A stretch of 64,000 nt of DNA from Chrysomallon squamiferum (Eukaryota > Animalia > Mollusca): contig CM022678.1 in the NCBI GenBank assembly GCA_012295275.1, positions 11,966,001 through 12,030,000 on the forward strand, written 5' to 3'. The notes below the pieces were generated by a model that saw only the letters and a program-made list of their open reading frames with translations, was not told the origin of the DNA and searched no databases. This document shows positions 1 through 13,566 of the stretch, piece after piece; position 1 is the first letter of the stretch, and every line of letters starts with the position of its first letter. A program made the position numbers and the translations under genes.

Positions 1-749
1 AGAATTATATTTAATATCTTTGTTAAGCATAACAAAAATAAAATAAAATTTAAAAAATCAATCAAAAAAAAATGTATGTAATGGTAGAATGTAACAAAAT
101 TTAAACATTTTTGCCATTATGCTAATTCTATATATAAAAAAAAAATCGTCTATATATAACAAAAACAATTATGGGCAAAATTTCACCAGCGATGGTAAGG
201 CGTGACATCTGTTGCAGCAAGTTGCTAAAGTAACACATTTCCCGTTCTAACTGACTGCTCCACTATTATTCGTATTTTCTTCTAGTGACTTGCCTGCAAT
301 GATTAATAATAAAAATAAAGAAAAAATAGAAAGAAGGACAGAAATAAACTCAAATAAAATGAAATAAAATAATAAAATTAAAGAATGAAATAAACTCAAA
401 TAAAATAAATGGTCCTTTCTAAAAGAAACATTCAAATTATTTGCTGTTCTGAGAAGTTCACTGCAGCTCTCATCTACCTTTGAAAAAAGTTGACAGCTGC
501 ATTAAAATGGGTAGAACATGGCTTAGTCAGCAACATCGATGTGAAATTGTAAATTACTATTTGAGCAATTCATTTAGATAGTTTGACTCAACAGATTTAG
601 GAATATTTCACATGGCAAAGCTGAGAGTAAATTAGAACGTTTACACATATATGTCATGTCTTATAATGTAAATTTGTAATGTTGCCTCACAAACAGAAAT
701 GTTGTTTTGGTAAAACGTAAATCTCATTTGCTGATTCGTCATCACTGAC

Positions 750-762
750 AAACATGGCGGCG
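750..762 (+). promoter_or_regulatory. YY1-type motif (AAACATGGCGGCG), probable TSS-proximal element
   Basis: Close match to the YY1 consensus AANATGGCGGC in a locally CpG-containing patch. It is followed by a donor CAG|GTAAAA at 836/837. The embedded ATG gives only M-A-A-stop. Confidence 0.5.
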
Positions 763-2115
763 TAGAATAACCAGTCGGATGCCGTGCAATGTAATTTTGA
801 GTTACAGCCTATTAATGTAGTCCAATGCATAAGCAGGTAAAAAAATGATCAATATTAATAGTTTTGAAAACATCTCGACTTTCATTTCTATGCATGTTTT
901 TAGCTGAAATCAGTCAATAAAACTCGCTTTTTTGTGATTTTTAGTGTGACCTGTCAAACGTTTAAAGAAATTATGCTAAAATTAAGCACATTTTTTTTCC
1001 AAACTTCATCTTAAAGCCTCTGACATCACACCCCGTGCATCACGTATTACTGGAAAGTGGTTTATCTTATTCCATCAAAACCTGAGTTTTCATAATTTTC
1101 ACCATGTGACTCGTTATCCAGTGCTGCCACACAAATATCATTCTGTTTGTTTCCTGGTGACATATCAAACTTTGAGCAGTCATGCAAGATTACATTTTTC
1201 TTTTTAATATTTGAAACACTGAATTAATTACTGAAATCAAAACGTAATTTGACAAAATTATCCTAATTACGTTCTCTTTGTTGTTGTTGTTGTTCACCAT
1301 TTCATTGACTTGTTATAAACAAGTTTTTGCTTTATTTAACTTTTGATGGTTTATTTTTTCATCTTGTCTATAGAAAATTCTCCTGTGTGTTCATGTTTCA
1401 AAATTTGACATTCACTAAGAGAATTGTAATAATCATATTTTTATCATTAAGTATTGTTTTCTTTTAACAAACTGACAAAAACCTAGATTTAATTTATTTT
1501 ATTTTACTTTTAAAATGTTTTTTATTATTTTTTTTTTTTTTTTTGTTTTGTTGGTGAATGGAACAGTCCAATATTAATTAAATGTTATGACACAAGTAAA
1601 AATATGCTAATTAATATGCAAAATTAATTTTTATCTTCCGTGAATTAAATGTTAATCAAATACAACACAATGCTTATATTGTTTTTTTTTTTTTTTTTTT
1701 TGTCCCTTTTTCTCTAAATTATAAGCATATCTGTATACATTGTTATGCTGTCCAAGGTGATTACAAACTGATATTTATAATCTACAGGACAAAAATGTTC
1801 ATGGTAGTAGAATATACTGACAAGAAAGAAATCGCTGTGATCTCAATGAACTGTATGGAAGTGACAAGTGAGTTGTGTGGACCACATACAAGTCAACAGA
1901 ACTAGAGAGAGATCCAGAGAACTGACATCAACAAAATGGAATTTTTATCCAATTCAATTAACATACAAATCAGTTAAGTTTTAATATTAATCCTTTATTA
2001 TGATGTAGATATTTTATATTTGTAAGAAATTCTTAGAAAACAACTTAAGTAAAAACCAGCTGAAGTCAAATACTAGTTTTGTTTGATAAGTGATGAGAAC
2101 TGTATCTGCAAATTG

Positions 2116-2202
2116 TAAATACTATGTAAATTTTAAATATTATGTAAGTTCTAAATATTATGTAAATTTTAAATATTATGTAAGTTCTAAATATTATGTA
2201 AA
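2116..2202. repeat. 20-bp tandem repeat (TAAATATTATGTAARTTYT-like), ~4 copies
   Basis: Direct repeats visible in the sequence. Confidence 0.85.
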
Positions 2203-5200
2203 CTAGGAAACATTAAACACAGTGCTGAAAAATAAAGAGTTAAGGAGATAAATATTTTCTGTTTCATCAATTTCTGTTTATTGCACTTTTTAAATTATTT
2301 TTTGCAGATATCTTATGAAAAGGCTAGAAAGAAGAATGAGATTTCCAGACACTCAATTCAGAAAAAAAACAAAAACAAGGACAGTGGCGTTCAGTAGTCA
2401 GGAAGAAAAAGACAAAAATTGACTGCATATTTAACATGTTCTATCACAGTCTGCATTAGTTAGCAAACAGAGTTGCTCATATGTGTCAAACTTTTTAAAA
2501 TGAACAGCATTGTATTCATATACTATCAGCAGTTTTAAATTAATTTTCACATCGGCAAAATTCACATTTTCATCAGTCCATAATTAGGAAAAAAAATGTA
2601 TCCAAACGCTACAGTGATAGTTGAATTTTGAAATTCTCTAGTCAGTGCTGAATGTATTATGTAATCTACAGTAATTTGTTTTCCTGCATATTTCTGTTAC
2701 TGCCAGCTGTCTAGATGTGACAGTGAGGACTGCCCAAATTATCCTGCACCAGTTAACATTATCTTATTTCACTAAAACAAAGACTGAATCAGCACTGTAA
2801 CATCCATGAGAATCTACATCTACACAATAACAGGAGTTGCCAGCATCTACAAGCAGTGACATAATTCACAGGATTTTACACAGCAGTCCTTCAGCTAGTA
2901 ATTCTTCTAAAAAAATATTCAATGGATTATACTGTTTTTTTTTATACATACCACAAAATGGAATATTTCCAGCTAATTTGAATTTCAAATAAGTGTTTCT
3001 GTCACATGCATTCACCTAACAGAACAGATGTTTATCAAATCTGAAATTACCATTTGTTATCAGTGTTAGTAAGTTTGTATTTGTTGTTATTAATTTGAAA
3101 GCTTCATACTTATTTTACCAATACTTATTATTCTTCTTGTTTTTCTCTTATTTCTTACAGAGGAAAAAAATAAATTAATATGAGCTGTCTATATGAAACT
3201 TTAGTCTAAATTAGCCTAAATATGGTTTGGCTTATTAATATTAAAAACTATTTGTTTCTTTAAATTATTTTGTTATACTGAGCTGACAACTATTTTTAAA
3301 TAAAACGATGAAACAAACATAAATATCCTTTTGTTTATGCCATCATTGGAAACAACTGAGAAAGAGACTTCAAAATATTTAACATTTTAGAGAAACTTAG
3401 AGCAGAACCAGACACAGAAAATGCAATATTAGTGTTATGCACAGTTTTAAGACAAATTAGAGAGAATTGTGGAAATATGGATGTGTGTGTGTGTGTGGTG
3501 TTCTCAAACGGGTAGGTGCTGTTGTGCCATTCATCTTGCCTAATCCTAAGAATTTAATTCTTAAAAAAAAAACATTAAAAAAAATAACAAATTCAAAATC
3601 TTGCACTCACCATTTTATTATGTTATGTTCCTTAAGCATAAAAATTAAAATCAAACAATGAATATTCATCATTCATGTCATAATGCCATTTCAGTGTTGG
3701 AATTTGAAATATTAAACAGACATAAACCTGCAGTTGCTTTCTTTCTTTTTTTTCTTTTTTTCTTTTATTCATGTTTATTATAATCCAGATTAATATATTT
3801 TCCAAACATTTTGAAACAAAGAGAAAGAAGCTCATATTCAATGCAATAAATAATGTATTCGATTACAGTCTACAGGTTTCAACTTTCTTGAAATGCATGG
3901 GTACATATTAATAAATAACAGAAATATTATTTTTCAAAATCTGTTTACTGTCACACATGAGGGATTCTGTGGAAAATTCAGTGACAGAATCAAACTTTTA
4001 CAATAAGAATTTTTACAGTATAAATGTCATTTGATTAATAAATGAATAAATAAAAAATATCTTTGTTTTCAAATTTCTAATGAATTTAGTGAAATATTCC
4101 ACTGCTTTTTGTTTGGTTTTGAAACAGTATTTAACAATCTGCAGAATTCTACATTCATTTTGAAAAAAAGCTATTTATGGGTAGAAAGCAAACAGAATGG
4201 TATTAATAATAATTATAATGTTTGTTAATTTTTACAGTTAGAATTTGTCAGTTTTAATTTTAAAATATTTAATTTTTTTTTTTTTTTTTTTTTGACCCTA
4301 TGAAAAATTAATAATTATATATATTAGAGATATTTTGATTTAGAGAACAATATTATAAATACATATATATTTATAGTTTTTCATTATAAAAGAAAAATAA
4401 AGTAAATCTTGAAAAAAAAAATAATAATATGAATAAAAATGACTTTGGAATTCACATTGGTTTCATGAAAAACGTACTTGACTTTATTTCATCCAAAAAT
4501 AAATATACCAAGTAAATAAACAAAAATATATATATATATATATATATATACAATCTCTTTAAAACGTTTTCTTTCAAAAGGATACATATATATATATAAT
4601 TCAATAAATAGTAAAATTCTAAAGTTCAAAGTCTAGAGTTATTTCCCTTCGTGATTTCACACAACAATTATTCATCATTTCATTTATTCCCCTTTACATA
4701 TGCGTATGCATGTTTGTTACCTGGATTTCTAATAACTGAATGGATAAACTTGTTGTCAACAGTATTACTTTTTCTGTTATTATTTTATTCTAATAATAAT
4801 AAAACAATTTTTTTTATTATATATACATATTTTTTCTTTAATTTGTACTGTAACAATATATACTTATTTCCATATTTTGACAAAACTCAAAATTATTTTA
4901 TCAACAACAAAAACTGGAAAATATTTTATTATAAATTCAATTTTTTTAGTTTTTTTCACTACATTTTAGTTCAGTTTTGCAGTTTTATTTTATTTACTTT
5001 TTGGAAGCATAGAAAATATATTTAAATGTCTATTTTCATAATAAAAATAATGTCATTAGCCTTTGTTAATTTTTCTCGTTTCAGTCAGATTTGCATAAAT
5101 AAATCACATACATTTCAGATAAATATTTAAATTAAAAGGAGTTTTTAATAAAGAAAAATGATTAACATGTATTTTTAAGAATTTTCAACATACCTATGAA

Positions 5201-5945
5201 TCAGGCAATAAGACTGTTAATTATTTTATATGATGGAAAAGTTAACTTTCTAAATCTGAAGTAACTTTTATATGTATACAGCTTTCCGATAAGATTAAGG
5301 TTTCCAAATAAATACAGGCATTGAAATATTTAGCTGGCTTCCAGAAAAACAGAAACTGAGAAATATGATGTTTTTGAGTTAGGCACACTTTGTTTTTGTT
5401 TCTGTGATGCTAATTCAAGTGAGGTGCTCTTGTCATGATCCCACATAAGTTATTACTTATTCTTGTATTCATTTATTATCATATCACATTTATTAGCAGG
5501 AACAGAATTTAGCAGTGAGAAACATTTTACGTATAGGTAGTTGAAGAGTGTTTAATGTTTATTAATAAAGATCAAATACACACTGCTTTAGAAGTGTTTT
5601 ATTTTGTTTCATTCTTTGTTTTTTCATTATTTATATTATAAAAATAAAAGTAAAAGATTTAGACTGTAGCCAGGAAATGGACCATTTCCAGTCCAGATTT
5701 GGTGGACAAATGTTCAATACTTTTTATTATTACAAAATTTTCAATCATTTCTGTTCAGAAATAATTCTGTTATGAGAAATCAGAATTCACCAGTAAATGG
5801 AAATATGGAATTCTTCTGCTTCTTCTTTTTGTTTTTCTTTTTTTTTTGTTTACATTATAATGAAATTGTACCTTCTGCAGTGAGAAACTATAGGCAGTGA
5901 GAAACCAAAAATCAAGTTTAGTTTCTTGTCCAGGTATTAGAATGA

Positions 5946-5997
<52 letters not shown>

Positions 5998-6706
5998 GTC
6001 ATAAATGAATTTAATCATTTGGAGTTTTCAAGTTTTATTTAAAAAATAAATGATAAAAATTTTAAAATGCAGGAAGGTAAGTTATGGGAAACTTAATGGG
6101 GACCTACAAGACATTTTTTTTTTCTCTCTTTCTGGCCTAACTTGGCATTTGAATGAATTTATTGTGTATTTAATATGTTGTGTATTTGCATTAATACAAA
6201 TTAATAAAATTTATAAAAATAAATAAATAAATAAATAAATTTATATATTTTTTTAGCTTTTTTAAATTTTTTTAAATTTTTTTAGTTCTGTGTAAAACTT
6301 GTTCCAGCATTAGGATTAATCCCAATAATGTAAGCATAAAGAAACTATCCCAGTCTTAAAGATCAGAATACATTCCAGTCAGTTTTGGCAGGAATGCAGT
6401 GGGCAGTAATTAAGTGCATGTTAGACACAAATTATTAAAAATAATTTTTTAAAAGTCAGCAAAGAATGGTGAAAACAACAATCACTAATAATACTGTTCT
6501 ATAGTAATTTATTCAACATATATATATACTTCTTTTTTTTTTACATTAAAATTTCATGTTGATCTACATTAATTTTCAATTGTGTGAATTTTTAAACAGG
6601 TATTTGCATATGTTATAAACTGTATATTTTAAATTCCAAATGACAGCATCTGAAGTGTTGAAACTAATCTGAAACCTGAATTCCAACATACAGACATCTT
6701 AATCTC

Positions 6707-6707
6707 A

Positions 6708-6751
<44 letters not shown>

Positions 6752-6880
6752 CACATAAATATAATAATGATAATAATAATAATAATAATGATAATAATAA
6801 TAATGATGATAATGATAATAATAATAATAATAATGATAATAATAATAATGATATAATAATAATAATAATAATGATGATGA
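6707..6880. repeat. (TAA/TGA)n trinucleotide microsatellite
   Basis: Seen directly. Confidence 0.95.
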
Positions 6881-8096
6881 TAAAGACCCTGTGATAGTTT
6901 TCAATAGCAGCACTATCCAAAATGATTGAATTGTAAGATTTGTCTTTGTCATTCACAGAAATTAGTTCGTGACATGTGTAAAGCATGTTCAAACTCTGAA
7001 ATACATGCGCTAACATGGACCTACAACAATTTTCAACCAAAGTAAATAAAAAAATAAAAAAATTGCCTTCAGTTACTAATAAGGTTTTTACTTATCACAC
7101 TTTGTACATCTAAAGATTTATTTCACTTGCTTCAAAAGGGATATAAAAAAAAGAAGAAAAATATTATTAAATAAATTTATATTTTAAATGTCTGAAGTTA
7201 AAACAAAAGTAAATTACTGGTTATGAATAAAGTAAAAAATGCATACGAAATCTGTGTAAACCATATCCAACAGAGCTAATAAAGAGAAAAAGAAAATGTT
7301 ATCACCACATTTGTATCTCTAATGTCTACAGCGAACATTTGAATAGAAAGCCAGATCTGCTTTCTCATTCATATTTTTCTGTCAGAATGTTCAGACTGAA
7401 TTTAATTCTTTAATACTGAACAGTAGTTTATAACCTAAAGAAAAAGAAAAAAAAAAACCTTGGCTATGAATACAATTACAGATGATGAAAATTTTGTAAT
7501 CATATCGGATTTTACATTATCTCTAAATTTCTAAACAGAAACTTTGAAAAAAAATATTATTGGTTTCACATAGTTATTTTTGTGTTGGACTGTATAATAT
7601 AAACAAACATATTCAGATATTAAAACAATTTATCTTGCAAAGTATTTTCCTTTCAGAACACTCTTCAACAAATTTGTCAAACCATAAACTTAATAAATTC
7701 TAATAATATGTAATGAGAAAATAAATTATTTTAGGTTGTTTGTGGAAAAAATATTATTGTTCTAAAACCACACAAGTTTCTAATTTATAAACAAATCATT
7801 TTATGACAATTTTGATATTTCAAAACAAAGACCTCCCCAAGAGCAATTTAATATTTGTTTACATGAAATAATCATTTCAGATGCAAAGATGATGTCATAT
7901 TAACAATGATGATATTCGTTACAGAACAGAAATACAAAAAGAAAAAAATAGAATAAATTCAGAATGTTTTTTGTTGTTATTTCAATGCTTTAATCACGAA
8001 ATTTTGGCATTCTGTGAAATTCAGAAAAGATTATAATGAAATTCATAGTGACTAGACCCAACCAGAAAACAGACAGGTATCAAAACTCCACAGTGA

Positions 8097-8188
8097 GATA
8101 GTATGATATCAAAACAACCAAATTTTGGGGATAGTAAGATATCAAAACAACCAAAAAATTTTCGGATAGTATGGTATCAAAACAATCA
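8097..8188. repeat. Three-copy ~33-35-bp tandem repeat (GATAGTATGATATCAAAACAACCAAA...)
   Basis: Seen directly. Confidence 0.8.
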
Positions 8189-9441
8189 TACTTTAAGCAT
8201 GCAGATATAAGTAAGTGATGCAAGAAAAATGATTGTAAGAAATCTAGATTAGTTCTAAATCACTGACAAATGCATTTAACTGGGGTTGGGTTAAATGATT
8301 AAATTTACAATATGTGTGGTTCAAACAAATGTGACAGTGATTTTTTTATTTTGAAAATCTTACAACTCTGAAACATTACACACAATGAGAATAAAAATAA
8401 TAATAATGTAATTTAAGTTTTAAAATTTACTTTACAGTATTTATAAAAAAAAAGAATTAAAAAAAAGTAGTTTTGTCTGTTCATCTTTCTGTCTATATTT
8501 GTGTTAGTATTACAAAAATTAAAAAGGAATTTTGGAAATTCCAAATTTGAATATGGTGTATTGAAAGCCTCTTAAATTAATGAATTTTTACAACGAAAAA
8601 AAAAATAAAAAAAAAGTAAAAAAAAAAAAAAAGTGAATACAATAAAATAATAAATGATAATAATTAAAAAAAAATACTAAGTGATAATAATAATTAAAAA
8701 ATAATAATAAAAAGTAGTATATACATATAATAATACAAAATGCATCATGATGACATGGAATTTGGACATTTTTACATTACTGAATTAAAATTTGGGATTC
8801 CTAAGTTTGCAGGAATGACACAAGAAGAAATCCTTTATTTATTTATTTTTGTAACATCTGAATGCTTTCTGACTTTTAAAATACATTCTTTAGCTTTGTC
8901 TTCATACTTGTAACATTATACATTTACAAATAATTTTGTGTAAGCCTGTAACACAAATTAAAGAAAGTCTTAGCAACAATTTCTTGGCTTTGAAACCAAA
9001 CTTTTGAACAAAAACTGCTATGACTGAAGGAATAATTTTTCTCAACCTTCATTTCGAATTCCTGCAATTGCAATACCTGGAACACGTAAAATCAGGAATG
9101 AAATAATAACAGAATTTTTTGGAAACATTAAATTAATAATAATGATGATAATGGATAGTTTCAATACATTCCCAGTACTAAACTTTGTAAAATTAAAAAG
9201 GAAATCAAATATACAAGTACCTATGTGTTCAGTAACATAAAACCTGATCTACAGGCCCAATGTTGATCAATTTGATCTATATAAATATAAGCTGGGTATT
9301 TCATTAAACAAATCTTATCTCTGTATCATACAATTTTTATCATAAGGATGAATGACGCCAGATACCTGCATTTATATTAAATTTTTTAATAACAGGGACA
9401 TTAGCTGTATTAATAATTACATTAAATAAGGTTCTTTCTTT

Positions 9442-9443
<2 letters not shown>

Positions 9444-9508
<65 letters not shown>
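9444..9508. repeat. Abutting poly(T)34-poly(A)31 homopolymer palindrome
   Basis: T run 9444-9477 directly followed by A run 9478-9508. Confidence 0.9.
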
Positions 9509-9510
<2 letters not shown>

Positions 9511-10395
9511 TAATTGTAACCACACACACACACACACACAAATGAAAGTGGGGGAAGGAAAAAAAAAAAAAAAAAGGAAATAATAATAATAACTGTACAA
9601 ATATTTGTGAATTTTTGTTTTTAAACACACAAATTTATCACACGAAAAAATAATAGGAAGGTCACCGTTGAGGACAGCAGACACATTTGTAAAAAGTGAT
9701 CACAACATTGCACAAGACAGAGAGGTCACCCACCCCCTGACTGAAATGTCCACAGATGGGTGAGTTTATTATTACTAATGGAGGGTAGCGCAGTATGACT
9801 TGAGGCACTTCGTTACCCAGTCTCAGATGGGTCCACTCTTTTTTTTTAACGGGGTGGGAAATAGTATTCCCTAAGGAGAAGAAGGATTTTTTGTCGTTTT
9901 TTTTTGTTTTTTTTTTTTTTTTTCTCCCCTTAAATTTTTTTTTTTTTTTTTTTTTTAATCTTCAGAGTTCAGGCTTTTCACAATTTTCCAGTTAATTTTG
10001 GCATGCAAGTTAAAAATGAGCATCAGGCTGACTATTTTTATCTCCGACATAGTCATAGTATGATGCACTGACTTTTTTATACATACATTTTTTATATTTT
10101 TTATACAGATAACAGATAGATGGACAGAAGATTAAGTACTATAGATTTATTTCATTTAGAAATGTTGTTTATTAAATAACAATCTAATTATTCTATTTTA
10201 CATGATGATAATAAAGAAAAAGAAAAAAAAAAAAAAGATAAAAGAGCACTTTCTGGAATGGGAAATAAGTAATTCAAAGGATGTAGAACCAAAAGAATTC
10301 ATCAATTCTTTTTTAATCTACTTGTTTTATTTTATTTTAATTTAATGATGAACACATTCTGATAAGAATGAAATAAAAGGAGAAACATTTTTTAC

Positions 10396-10470
10396 CCTCT
10401 AATGAGTTCAACAGCATCTTCATACTTCATGCCTCCCTCCATCAAAGCAAGAGCAACAAGAACAGGAGCT
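10396..10470 (-). CDS. PTP4A1: PRL/PTP4A phosphatase, 75-nt internal exon (R)[24 protein letters not shown](G)
   Basis: Acceptor TTTCTATCAG and donor GG|GTAAAA. The translation is nearly identical to PRL-1 [25 protein letters not shown] and is in phase with the 11067-11197 exon. The symbol denotes the family (PRL-1-like). Confidence 0.96.
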
Positions 10471-10674
10471 CTGATAGAAACAAAAATAAAATACGTAATG
10501 AATAAAAAAAACATGAGCAGTAAACTTGTAATCACTTGAAATAATCAAAATATAACAGTTTAAAAATAGCCATACATATGAGACAGACACAGACAGACAG
10601 AGAGACAGACACATAAACTCAGTGTTTTCTTTTCAGATATTCCCATAATAAAAAGTGCATGTAACAGCACCCAT

Positions 10675-10692
10675 ATACATACAGAGCACAAG

Positions 10693-10767
<75 letters not shown>
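10675..10767. repeat. (CT)n microsatellite; similar tracts at ~13388, 15976, 36235, 42122, 42999, 44411 (GA) and 45586
   Basis: Seen directly. These tracts account for the SLSLSL/RERERE ORFs in the track. Confidence 0.95.
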
Positions 10768-10771
<4 letters not shown>

Positions 10772-11066
10772 GTATATCTAGCTACCTATCTATGTATATA
10801 TAAATGTTTTTTTTTAAAAACAACCTCAATCCGTCTCATTTTTAACTATCTTCTTACATTATAAGCAACCACAAACACATACATACATACATAGATACTG
10901 CAGTGCAATTTAATGAAGCCAATTATTTTCTGACAAACTTCTCCTGTGGTGAGTAACACGGTACACAACGAGTAAGTAAAACAAGCAGATGTAATTATAC
11001 CACATTCCTTTTATTTTTATATATATATTTTTATATATATATTTTTTCTATATTTGTTTTTATTAC

Positions 11067-11197
11067 CTTCCCAGTCCTGCAACACAGTGCACTGCCACAC
11101 AGCAGCCTGGCTCTTCTTTAAACCTCGTCTTCAGTAAATTAAACCAGTCCTCAACAACTTCATTAGGTGGTGCAGTACCATCATCAAATTGCCAGTC
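11067..11197 (-). CDS. PTP4A1: PRL/PTP4A phosphatase, 131-nt catalytic exon [43 protein letters not shown](R)
   Basis: Acceptor TTTCAG and donor AAG|GTAAT. Contains the WxFDDG loop and the PRL-specific P-loop HCVAGLGR. Confidence 0.97.
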
Positions 11198-11833
11198 CTG
11201 AAATAACAGTTTAAAAAGTTTTTTTAAAGTTTTAAAATATATATATATATACTAAAGAAATAAAATAAAATACAATAAAAAGAATAAAGAAAACAATAAT
11301 AAAATTAAAAAATATAAATTCATTTACAATACTAATAAATTTAAAAAAACAAATCCAACTATATAAAATATTTTTTTTTTTTTTTTAAATTCAGCATGAT
11401 ACTGATAAAAAAAGAAAACAAATTCTTCAATTAATTAATTATTTATATACTCATTAAGAAGTGTTTTCAGGGTATATGGATAATGATTAGTGAATGAAAA
11501 TAAAAAACATAGCCATCATTATCTGTGTTGAACAAAGAAATAGACTCATATATCATTCCCTCCCCCCCCATGCACACCCACACAATGACAAACGCAAGTA
11601 AACCAATAGAAAAAAATAAATAAATCATGTTAACACTAGTTAACACAAAGAACAAAATTAGTTGAAACACGTACAAGGCTAATGATTTCTGTTTCTACTT
11701 CAACTAACGATTTCTGGTCTATTTAAAAACAGATAATTTTCTATTATTATCAACAATCGAAAGCAATTGTAAAGCTGTTATCTGGAGAAAGAATCAATCC
11801 AAAGTGCATTCACTAGCTTTTTCTTTTCTGTCA

Positions 11834-11855
11834 GTGACGCAAGATGTGTATAAAA
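11834..11855 (+). promoter_or_regulatory. Possible CRE half-site (GTGACGC) plus TATAAAA box upstream of the + strand orphan gene
   Basis: Motifs seen. Function is inferred from position only. Confidence 0.2.
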
Positions 11856-11904
11856 GATTCCTTGCTGCTAATAACTTTATGATAGCAATGGATTTCCTTA
11901 CTTA

Positions 11905-11971
<67 letters not shown>

Positions 11972-12542
11972 CAGTTCGATTCCAAAATGCGATAAATCCA
12001 TTTTCTTTCTTTGGAGAGGAATGACTCTTTCTAATCTGGAGTTGATAACATTTTATGTAAAGAAGGTCTATAGTCTACTGAATAGAACAGCGGCGGATGA
12101 AGAATTTTGAGGAAAATGATTATAGGGCGTTGAACGCCTGTCAACTGCTGAACTTTTAGTGGTGTATTTTTTTTTAATTTTGCTTTATCGCGTTTTGGAA
12201 TTAAAGTCTTCATATATGTATACATTCACACACAAACATATACATACATACATATACATATCTTTGCGCCCGCGCGCATGTGTGTGTATGTGTGTTTGTA
12301 ACTATACCAAACACACTAACCACCACCAATAACATTTTACAAACAAGCACATATCGAAGCTCGCACACATATGAACACGCACAGTTATACACACTTATAT
12401 ATGTGCCTGCATGCACACAGCCACACTGCAATCATTCATATATACAAACAACTATGCATACACAAATACATATACATACCAATGTGAAACGTGTACGTTT
12501 TCATGTATGCATTCACTTACATCTCTTTATATATACGTCTCA

Positions 12543-12598
<56 letters not shown>

Positions 12599-13386
12599 CA
12601 CACATATTCACATACACTATTATTGGATTAAGTTGAAAGTAATTAAATCATTATTTAATTATATTAAGTAATTAATTTAATAATCTAGGTGAAAGACCAT
12701 GATGATGATGAAAGTCGAATTAATTTGACGGACCTCGGAAAAAAACTTCCGAGTCTATCGGCCTGATGATATCACGCATCCCTGCCATTTCTAAACGCAA
12801 CAACAAAACGTGTTGGGTTAGTGAATACAGTGTTGACTCTGTGTTGAGGAACTCTATTCCTGTCAGAGCTATGCTGTTGATAGATCGGATGATGCAGCTG
12901 GAATCACTCCAGAACATTTTGTATCACTACGATGTCTCCTTCACATAAACCAAAACCTTTTGCTGGTGTTAATGAAGATGCATGCTCACTTTCAGTGTGG
13001 AAATCCAACCAAGGTGCTGGTACGGAGATGCACAGTGGCAGAGGCTCAAGCATTATCTGAAGGTGTTTAAAAAAACAAATTATGTCAATTTATCAAACAA
13101 AAATAATGAACCATGCCCATTTATTGCTCCCAAAATGTTTCAGTAGTGCCGATTTGTATTTAAAACCTCGCCTTTCACAACCTACCGTAAGGCTCCTATG
13201 GAAAAATATAATTTCTTTCTTTCGTTCTTTCTCTGTCTCTAAATGTTTGTCTGACTCTTATACATCGCCTCTGTAATCTCTGACTGACTGACTGACTGAC
13301 TGAAACATTTAATTGGTAATCTGAGCAAACTGCTGTGAAGCGAGGTGTCGTGTCTGACAATGCAAAAAGAAAGAGTTCTTATTTTG

Positions 13387-13492
<106 letters not shown>

Positions 13493-13566
13493 TATCTACA
13501 TAAAAAAAAAAAAAAAAGTTTCTCCACAGACATGAAAGAAGAAAAATATTAACAACGAACAACCTC

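Larger units (their letters stand above)
750..3305 (+). ncRNA. Putative spliced non-coding transcript (exons ~750-836, 1788-1867, 2308-~3300)
   Basis: Donor at 837, acceptor TCTACAG|1788, donor CAA|GTGAGT at 1868, acceptor TTTTTGCAG|2308, and AATAAA near 3169 and 3300. No long ORF. Confidence 0.3.

Noticed and set aside
1098-1165. H/ACA-like hairpin ending in ACA in intron 1 of the putative lncRNA
   Set aside because: Only a 6-bp basal stem is evident, with no H box or convincing 5' hairpin.
8890-9365. Minus-strand acceptor-led segments near 9076 and 9365 as PRL terminal exons
   Set aside because: In the required phase they give short unrelated peptides (GYCNCRNSK*, GYLASFILMIKIV*).
11974-11983. 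GTTCGATTCC Pol III B-box / tRNA
   Set aside because: No A box or cloverleaf; it is directly preceded by (GT)n.
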